Of a stretch of DNA of 64,000 nt, positions 57,673-64,000 are shown one piece after another. Source of the stretch: an uncultured Gammaproteobacteria bacterium. Its GTDB lineage: Bacteria > Patescibacteriota > Patescibacteriia > Magasanikbacterales > GWA2-37-8. The notes under the pieces are model-generated. The model saw nothing but the letters and a program-made list of their open reading frames with translations, was not told the origin of the DNA and did no database searches. The stretch is from contig CAZEDL010000003.1 in assembly GCA_964510885.1 (NCBI GenBank), forward strand, positions 31,686 to 95,685, in the 5' to 3' direction. The translations under genes were made by a program, and so were the position numbers. Position 1 is the stretch's first letter; every line of letters starts with the position of its first letter.

Positions 57673-58623
57673 TTAAGAATAATGAAGCGAATCACGATTT
57701 ACTTTATACCATTCAATAGTTGCTCGGAGCCCAACCTCAAGACTGGTGACGGCTTTGAATCCTAGAATTTTTTCGGCTTTACTCGTATCAACTGACCGAC
57801 GGGCTTGGCCATTTGGTTGCGATGTATCATAGGCAACCGTGCCCGTGTGGCCAGTTAAGGATCGGATGAAGTCGACTAATTCTTTGATACTAGTTTCGGT
57901 ACCGGAACCAAGATTAATCGGCTCGGATGATTCTAGTTGCTCGGCGGCTAATATTACCCCTTCGGCAAAGTCATCAACATAGAAAAAATCACGGGTCGGT
58001 GTCCCATCGCCCCAGACAATTAATGGGTCATCGCCACGGAGGCATTTTTGGATGAGCGAGGGAATGACATGCGAATATTCGGGGTGAAAACTGTCGCCTG
58101 GGCCATAGGCATTATTGGGAATGACTACTACTGCATTAGTCCCGTATTGTTCACGATAGGCGCTGGCTTGGACGGTCATCAATCGTTTGCCAACTCCATA
58201 GGCGAGATTGGTTTCTTGTGGTAGTCCTGACCATAAATTTTCTTCGGTCAGTGGGTAGGTGGTATTTTTTGGGTACGCACAGGCGCTCGACACCATGACG
58301 ATTTTTTTGACGTTGGCATTTTTAGCAGTTTCCATGATTTGTAGGTCCATCAAAATATTTTGATAGTACTGCATCGCGGGGAATGAGCTGCTGTACCCGA
58401 CCCCACCAAGCCGGGCGGCCAGATGAATAACAACGTCAATCTTATGTTCTGAAAAGAGCCGGGCGCAATTTGATTGGTGGCTCAGATCGTCACGTTTAGA
58501 ATCAGGAATAATAATCTGATTTGGTGTCAAACCACGTTTTTCGATAAGATTTTTGACAACTGAGTGCCCGATAAAACCAGATCCGCCGGTAACGAGAACG
58601 GTGAGATTACGAAGGTCAAGCAT
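57673..58623 (-). CDS. fcl: GDP-L-fucose synthase (GDP-4-keto-6-deoxy-D-mannose 3,5-epimerase/4-reductase)
   Basis: VLVTGGSGFIGHSV..., KIDVVIHLAARLGG, SSACAYP, YGVGKRLM. Start at ATG 58623. Confidence 0.85.
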   Translation of the reverse strand: MLDLRNLTVLVTGGSGFIGHSVVKNLIEKRGLTPNQIIIPDSKRDDLSHQSNCARLFSEHKIDVVIHLAARLGGVGYSSSFPAMQYYQNILMDLQIMETAKNANVKKIVMVSSACAYPKNTTYPLTEENLWSGLPQETNLAYGVGKRLMTVQASAYREQYGTNAVVVIPNNAYGPGDSFHPEYSHVIPSLIQKCLRGDDPLIVWGDGTPTRDFFYVDDFAEGVILAAEQLESSEPINLGSGTETSIKELVDFIRSLTGHTGTVAYDTSQPNGQARRSVDTSKAEKILGFKAVTSLEVGLRATIEWYKVNRDSLHYS

Positions 58624-58630
58624 AGAAAAG

Positions 58631-59959
58631 TTACACAGTGGTCGGTTTATAATAGCGATATATCTTTGAAAGTGAATCAAAGGCTACGATAAACAGTAAA
58701 AAGTTAATCGGAATGCGCAGCCGAGCGCCACCAATTGGCGAGGCTAAGATAGTATATCCTAGTAGGACAGCCACGATAATAAGTGATTCTTTGGGCCATC
58801 GTTTGAGTAAGCGGTACTGTATTATTGGGTTGATAAAGGCGAATACTGCGAGGAGTCCCCATAATAGATCCGGAACTAACAGCAGTAGTAAGTTCGGATT
58901 ATGTGTAAATTGTCGGACTGTCTGGATTGGATGGGACACTTCTAGGCGATAAAAATACTTGCCATCCACGAGGTCAAAATGGATACCTGGCACATTTAAA
59001 CCGTTGGCAATATTAGACAAACCAGAATCAAGAAACAGGTAGGGCAGGCGCACAGTGTGGTATGCTAAGTATTCGCCAAAATGCGACTTAATGTAGCCAA
59101 TTCCGATAGATTTTAGCAGTGCTATAGGGCGCGCGTCAAATGTATTATTAACCTGATTTAGGTCTAATTCAGGCAGTCTGTCAGTTGCGCCCCGCTCGGC
59201 CCGCCAGGTATCAAAATAGACACCATGATAGGCATAGAGGTCAAAACTACCAAGCGAGCTAAATTCGTTGGTCTTAATGATAAATTTACTATAGTAGGCC
59301 CAGGGGCTAATGACGATAAAAAAAGCGGTGAGCGCCAATAGTCCTTGTTTCCAGTACTGTTTTAGGCCCATAAGTAGGATCGTAATTGGGATTATTACTC
59401 CAATATATAGGGCAACTGGTTTGGTAAGGGCTGACAAGCCAAGTAGGGTAGCCCCAGCTATTAAAAATTTGGGCCGCGATTCGCGGGCAGCCACGGCGAG
59501 ACAAAGGATGCTGATTGTAAACAGTGTAGTAAAGAGCGGTTCAGTCATGACTTGACTGCTGATGAGCGCAGTCATCGGTTCGATACCAATAGCAGCGGTT
59601 GCCAAGAGGGCGATAGGGTTCGGGAATAGCCGCCGTGATAAGAGGTAATAGCCGATGAGTCCGAGCGCAAAAATGAGATTTTGGATAATTACGGGTGTAT
59701 ACAGGTTGGTTTTTGCCGCTACGAACGGGACCAGGAATAAGGGGTAGAGCGGGGTTCGAAAATTATCAGGGTGAGGGGTGGGTGAAAATTCCATCGAGAA
59801 TACGCCGTGGTTAATCACATTGTGAGCTACTTGCAGGTAGGTGATGCTGTCAGAAATATATAGCAAGGAACGTTCGTTTTTAAACGAAAATAGCGCCAGA
59901 GAGCGCATGCCAAGAGTGGCGATAATAATTAAAACAAGTAAGCGAAAGCTCGATTTCAC
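58631..59959 (-). CDS. GT-C superfamily membrane glycosyltransferase (ArnT/PMT-like), paralogue of 36892
   Basis: DSITYLQVAHNVINHGVFS...FRTPLYPLFL (compare FRTPGYPLLL in 36892). Polytopic. Confidence 0.7.
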   Translation of the reverse strand: MKSSFRLLVLIIIATLGMRSLALFSFKNERSLLYISDSITYLQVAHNVINHGVFSMEFSPTPHPDNFRTPLYPLFLVPFVAAKTNLYTPVIIQNLIFALGLIGYYLLSRRLFPNPIALLATAAIGIEPMTALISSQVMTEPLFTTLFTISILCLAVAARESRPKFLIAGATLLGLSALTKPVALYIGVIIPITILLMGLKQYWKQGLLALTAFFIVISPWAYYSKFIIKTNEFSSLGSFDLYAYHGVYFDTWRAERGATDRLPELDLNQVNNTFDARPIALLKSIGIGYIKSHFGEYLAYHTVRLPYLFLDSGLSNIANGLNVPGIHFDLVDGKYFYRLEVSHPIQTVRQFTHNPNLLLLLVPDLLWGLLAVFAFINPIIQYRLLKRWPKESLIIVAVLLGYTILASPIGGARLRIPINFLLFIVAFDSLSKIYRYYKPTTV

Positions 59960-60064
59960 ACAATCAGTTTGGTGATATTAGTATACCTGACGAGCTAGCT
60001 TTTCGGCAACCGCTAGATCAGTTGGTTGCATCTTGCTGCGGCCTTGTGGTACCGTACTCACGCT

Positions 60065-61222
60065 ATGCGAATTATTTTTATCGCCTATAAATTGAATTTT
60101 GGAGGAGGGGGTGGTTCTACTATCGAAATGGATTCTAAGGCTAGGGCATTATTGTCTGCGGGTCATTCGGTGTCTGTCGTGACGCTCGCGTCGCAGTATA
60201 ACTTCTTGGCTGGGGAACGGCCATATCAAGTCTATGAAGAACATCTTGTCGCGACTGATTTTTTTTCTTTACAGCGCGGGGCGGTAAGGGTGCTGCGTGC
60301 TTATGAGGCAAAGGCCGATATATTCCATTTAGAAGGCCATTTTGGCTATGGTGGAGGATGGTATCGAATGACTGGTGGTAGAGCAAAAACGGTCGTCCAT
60401 TTTAATCGTGAACTTTCTTCGTTTCCTGAGTATACGCGAGCCGCATATCGCCCGCGGCTACCAAGCCCGAAGCATTTGGTGAGGTTTTATGCTGAGCGAA
60501 TATTCGGAGTGCCGCTAATAAATAAAAACAACAGGCTTACATTTACTTCGCCACTGTTGGCTGATGCGTTTGCTCGGTTTGGTTTAAGGCGGTCACTTAT
60601 GACGGTGGCGCCTGATTTTCCAAGCTCTTCAGAGGTGGTCCCGGGAGAGGAAGATCAGCAGCGAATTTTGTCGCTGCGACGCGAAAGCAGGTCTCCACTG
60701 ACACTTTTGTCCGGAGGTCGAATGGTAAAGGAAAAAGGGTTTGATGTTATTTTAGCAGCGGTAGCACGGTTGCCGGCTACATGCCCATATTTTTTACATC
60801 TCACTGGTGACGGGCCCGAACGGGAAGCCTTGCAAGATCAGGCAGTGCGACTTGGTATTTCCGAACGAGTAAAATTTTTGGGTTGGTTGACAAAGGAACA
60901 GTTGCGCGAGGAATATCAGCGTGCTGATTTATTCATAGTTCCGCGGTGGCGGCCTGAGTTGACGTCGATGCTAGTTCTCGAAGCGGCAGCTTATGGGTTG
61001 CCACAAATAGTGACAGCCAATTCAGCTATCGCCTGGCAAGCTGGTGATCAAGTGTTAGTATTTGACGATGAGGATTCTGAGGCTCTAGCAAGGCAAATTT
61101 TACGTTACGCATTGGACAGCGAGAGTCGTGTCGGCGCTGTTCGGTCGGGGTTTAAACGATTGTCTGAATTAAGCGCTGCCGAAAGTCTGAAAGTGCTTAA
61201 TGAAGTTTTTTTAAAGGCGTAA
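60065..61222 (+). CDS. GT4-family glycosyltransferase
   Basis: MRIIFIAYKLNFGGGGGSTIE... plus the C-terminal group-1 domain. Start at ATG 60065. Confidence 0.8.
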   Translation: MRIIFIAYKLNFGGGGGSTIEMDSKARALLSAGHSVSVVTLASQYNFLAGERPYQVYEEHLVATDFFSLQRGAVRVLRAYEAKADIFHLEGHFGYGGGWYRMTGGRAKTVVHFNRELSSFPEYTRAAYRPRLPSPKHLVRFYAERIFGVPLINKNNRLTFTSPLLADAFARFGLRRSLMTVAPDFPSSSEVVPGEEDQQRILSLRRESRSPLTLLSGGRMVKEKGFDVILAAVARLPATCPYFLHLTGDGPEREALQDQAVRLGISERVKFLGWLTKEQLREEYQRADLFIVPRWRPELTSMLVLEAAAYGLPQIVTANSAIAWQAGDQVLVFDDEDSEALARQILRYALDSESRVGAVRSGFKRLSELSAAESLKVLNEVFLKA

Positions 61223-61259
61223 CGCAGCTCTGAGCTAGGCGAATTTTTTTTCTTTAACT

Positions 61260-62318
61260 TTATATTTTCGTCCAGATTTTCTTGGCCGCCGATTGTTTTA
61301 TTGCTTCAATAATTTTTTGTGTACGTAGGCCTTCACGAATAGTGGGTAACGATGAGTTTGGTGTTTGAAGGTTTTTGATAAAAGAAGACGCTAGTTTTGA
61401 AAACGGCTCAAGCCGCCCATCGACTTTGGATTTGTTCAGATTTTTTTGAGCTGCTTGGGTAATATTTTTTGGCTCGCCATCACCGATAGTTTGCCAGAGC
61501 TCAAAGCCTTTTATAAAATCAAACAGGTTTTTATTCTCAAGTTTGAGCGTTCCGTGCTCGCCATAAATTATACAGCGATGACCGTCGCCTCCGTATACTA
61601 CATTTGTCAGGTTTATAGTGCCCGGTGTTTTATCCTTTAAAACACACAAAATTTGGGCGGTGTCTTCAGCTGTTGGCAGTGGTTGGTCGGTGGGGTAGGT
61701 TTTTTTAGTGCGTGAGAGCGAGGCCGACACTTTTCCTATCGGGCCCAGCAGCCATTCAACGTAGTCAAAAATATGCGGCCCGTAGTTTAATACTATGCCG
61801 CCCCCGAATTTTTTATAATTCGACCAAGCGAGAGGGGTATTTGGTTTGGCTCGGCCACCTCCGCAATAAGTGATTTGGAAGCTGCGAATGGCCCCAATTA
61901 CACCGCTGTCAAGAATTTTTTTAGCATGCTCGAATACGGGTACGAAACGCATTTCAAAGTCGATTGCATGAGGTAACTTTTTGGCGGTGATTAGGCGAGC
62001 GAGCTCAACTGCTGTTTTCAGATCGGTAGCGAGCGGTTTTTCGAACAGTATTGGTTTGTTAACACGGGCTGCAAGTTTAATAAGCCGCGCTTGCGTGGAC
62101 GGGGGAACAGCGAGCGAGACTATATCTATATCAGGGTCATTAATCAGGTCTTCGGCGCGTTCAAAAGTGCGGGGAATGTGATATTTTTGGGCACAAGTTA
62201 AGGTTTTGTTGAAGTTTTTTCCAGCAATTCCGTGAACGATTGCGAGGTTGGTTGCAGTGTATCCCGGGTGTTGTATTTTTGCTCCGAAGCCTGTGCCAAT
62301 AATACCGATACGTTTCAT
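61260..62318 (-). CDS. Gfo/Idh/MocA-family NAD(P)-dependent oxidoreductase
   Basis: MKRIGIIGTGFGAKIQHPGY... with the conserved EKP motif (ILFEKPLA). Confidence 0.85.
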   Translation of the reverse strand: MKRIGIIGTGFGAKIQHPGYTATNLAIVHGIAGKNFNKTLTCAQKYHIPRTFERAEDLINDPDIDIVSLAVPPSTQARLIKLAARVNKPILFEKPLATDLKTAVELARLITAKKLPHAIDFEMRFVPVFEHAKKILDSGVIGAIRSFQITYCGGGRAKPNTPLAWSNYKKFGGGIVLNYGPHIFDYVEWLLGPIGKVSASLSRTKKTYPTDQPLPTAEDTAQILCVLKDKTPGTINLTNVVYGGDGHRCIIYGEHGTLKLENKNLFDFIKGFELWQTIGDGEPKNITQAAQKNLNKSKVDGRLEPFSKLASSFIKNLQTPNSSLPTIREGLRTQKIIEAIKQSAAKKIWTKI

Positions 62319-62320
62319 AA

Positions 62321-63565
62321 TTAAGGAGCTATAATTTTTACGTCGGGAAGTGGGCAAATGAATTTCCCACGGAAACCTTTTGCGCGTAGTTTCGTCATTA
62401 GTTCCTGGCCAATATGCCAGGATAGTAGTAGGCCATATTCCGGCTGTTCTGAAAGCAGTATCTCTTCATCAACAATTGGGATGTGGGTGCCGGGCGTGTA
62501 GAGTCCGATTTTCGGCGAGCCATTTTTTTCGAGGGCGTAGTCTATTAATTGATTATCTAGGTGGGCGAATTGAAGCAAGGTGTTGGAGCGACCTGGTGCG
62601 CCGATTCCAAATACACGGGCACCTTCTTGGCGGCACGCAACGATAGTTGCTATCAGGTCTTGTTTGGCCTTGATAAGTTTGCTTGAAAAATTTTCGAATA
62701 TGCGGCCGTCATATATCCCCATGGCTTCTTCGGCCGCCATAATTTTTTTGGCTCTCTCACTCATTACGTACTTGCCTTTTTTAGCATACACGCGGATAGA
62801 ACCGCCAGCTGCTTCGATTCGTTCGGCATCGATGAGCGATAGGCCGACGTTGTTAAGTAATTTTTGTAATGGTTTAAGTGAATAGTAACGCAAGTGTTCA
62901 TGATAAATAGTATCCAGTGCGTTTTTTTCTAGCATGTCGACCAGGTATTGTGATTCAGAAATAAAGAGGCCGCTGTCTTTTAGAAGGTTGGCAATTGCCT
63001 GCGCAAAGGGGAAAACGTTATTAACGTGTGCAAACATATTTGTTGCCGTAACGACATCGGCTTGGCCATTATTGGCGATAATTTTTTCAACAGAGTTCTG
63101 GGTAAAGAATTCTTGTACGGTAGGGATACCATGATCATTGGCGACTTTGGCCACGTTGGTAGGTTCGATGCCCAATACTTTGGCACCGATGTCTTTAAAG
63201 CCAGCGAGCAGGGTCCCATCGTTTGATCCAATATCGACTACGAGTGACTCGCTCGATAGCGGATGCATTTTTTGCACCTCATCTCGTAAATTGCGGAAGT
63301 TGTTAACGAGCATGGTGGTCATGCCTGTAAAATATGGGTATTCCGGATAAAAAATAGTCTTTGGGTCAACAATAAAATTTAGTTGAATAAGACCGCAAGC
63401 CGAACAGCGGCAGAGAGTGAGTGGGTACAGAGTTTCAGGTTGGTGCAAGGAGGTGCTGTTTAGGTGGGCATGCACCGGGGCTTGATGTCCAAGTGAAATT
63501 ATTTCAATAAGCGGCGATTGTCCGCAAAATTGACAGTTGTTGATCGGTCCGTGTTCGATAATCAT
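62321..63565 (-). CDS. NDP-hexose C-methyltransferase (TylC3/TcaB9-like)
   Basis: N-terminal Zn-ribbon (CQFCGQS...CRCSACGL), then a class I MT core (VVDIGSNDGTLL) and the C-terminal C-methyltransferase domain. Confidence 0.8.
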   Translation of the reverse strand: MIIEHGPINNCQFCGQSPLIEIISLGHQAPVHAHLNSTSLHQPETLYPLTLCRCSACGLIQLNFIVDPKTIFYPEYPYFTGMTTMLVNNFRNLRDEVQKMHPLSSESLVVDIGSNDGTLLAGFKDIGAKVLGIEPTNVAKVANDHGIPTVQEFFTQNSVEKIIANNGQADVVTATNMFAHVNNVFPFAQAIANLLKDSGLFISESQYLVDMLEKNALDTIYHEHLRYYSLKPLQKLLNNVGLSLIDAERIEAAGGSIRVYAKKGKYVMSERAKKIMAAEEAMGIYDGRIFENFSSKLIKAKQDLIATIVACRQEGARVFGIGAPGRSNTLLQFAHLDNQLIDYALEKNGSPKIGLYTPGTHIPIVDEEILLSEQPEYGLLLSWHIGQELMTKLRAKGFRGKFICPLPDVKIIAP

Positions 63566-63575
63566 AACAAAGTAG

Positions 63576-64000
63576 TTATTTGGTATTGCCGGGATTTTTT
63601 AAATCATGCTCGACCATGATTTTTACCAATTCTTTGAAGGTGGTAGTTGGTTTCCAGCCGAGGAGGCGCTTGGCCTTGCTAGCATCGCCGCACAGGTATT
63701 CAACTTCATTAGGGCGCAGATAGCGGTCGTTGACTTTGAGAATTTTTTTCCAGTCGAGACCAGCGAGGGCAGCGGCTTCCATCAAAAATTCTTTGACCGA
63801 GTGGGTTTCGCCGGTCGCAATCACAAAATCATCGGGTGTTTTTTGCTGCAACATGAGCCACATCGCTTCGACATATTCAGGTGCATAGCCCCAGTCGCGA
63901 CGAGCTTCAATATTGCCAAGTTTAATGAATTTTTCTTTGCCCATCACGATGTCGCGAATGCCAAGTGTTATTTTGCGGGTAACAAAATTCTCCCCGCGGC
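63576..64000 (-). CDS. gmd: GDP-mannose 4,6-dehydratase, C-terminal part (5' end beyond the window)
   Basis: KLGNIEARRDWGYAPEYVEAMWLMLQ is the canonical Gmd motif. The reading frame stays open to the window edge. Confidence 0.85.
   Translation of the reverse strand, partial: RGENFVTRKITLGIRDIVMGKEKFIKLGNIEARRDWGYAPEYVEAMWLMLQQKTPDDFVIATGETHSVKEFLMEAAALAGLDWKKILKVNDRYLRPNEVEYLCGDASKAKRLLGWKPTTTFKELVKIMVEHDLKNPGNTK

Noticed and set aside
62323-62500. AAGGAG Shine-Dalgarno-like sequence followed by a small plus-strand ORF between the oxidoreductase and C-methyltransferase genes
   Set aside because: The ORF is short and low-complexity and lies antisense to the 5' end of the C-methyltransferase gene. 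The AAGGAG is probably fortuitous.

Overview
This 64-kb window comes from a moderate-GC bacterial chromosome (about 45-50% GC by eye). The gene content suggests an uncultivated, possibly Patescibacteria/CPR-like lineage, but that is low-confidence inference. Four points stand out.

- **Housekeeping block (1-17.7 kb).** It holds a pyruvate kinase 3' fragment, glyA, a ThiE-domain protein, metK, tRNA-Val(TAC) and two EamA transporters, one carrying a T7 homopolymer frameshift.
- **Elp3 next to a Trm9-like methyltransferase.** A bacterial Elp3 homologue (radical-SAM plus GNAT) sits divergently beside a Trm9-like methyltransferase.
- **Other unusual items in this block.** These are a KamA-family radical-SAM aminomutase with a divergent amino-acid permease, and a roughly 0.57-kb high-GC islet encoding a Cys-rich lipoprotein.
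- **Cell-surface block (18.3-64 kb).** An ECF sigma factor and anti-sigma-like membrane protein precede a 1248-aa surface-layer-like protein with strong high-expression codon bias. It is followed by two Wzy_C/O-antigen-ligase-like proteins with TPR tails, which are candidate O-oligosaccharyltransferases.
- **Glycosylation island (about 30-64 kb).** It contains about ten GT4 enzymes, five DPM1-like GT2 synthases interleaved with five or six ArnT/PMT-like GT-C membrane transferases, and nucleotide-sugar enzymes (UXS-like, a compact UGDH-like, an SDR epimerase, Gmd, Fcl, a sugar C-methyltransferase, a Gfo/Idh/MocA oxidoreductase). It also holds an AsnB-type amidotransferase, methyltransferases, an SGNH esterase, and a NodU-type carbamoyltransferase flanked by SxtJ-like and SxtK/DUF5989-like small proteins.
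- **Regulatory and structured DNA.** A 640-bp intergenic region lies upstream of an HTH regulator. It has two copies of a 28-bp repeat built on the perfect palindrome TTGTATACAA and a 168-bp element bounded by 11-bp inverted repeats.

I saw no CRISPR array, integrase or transposase.
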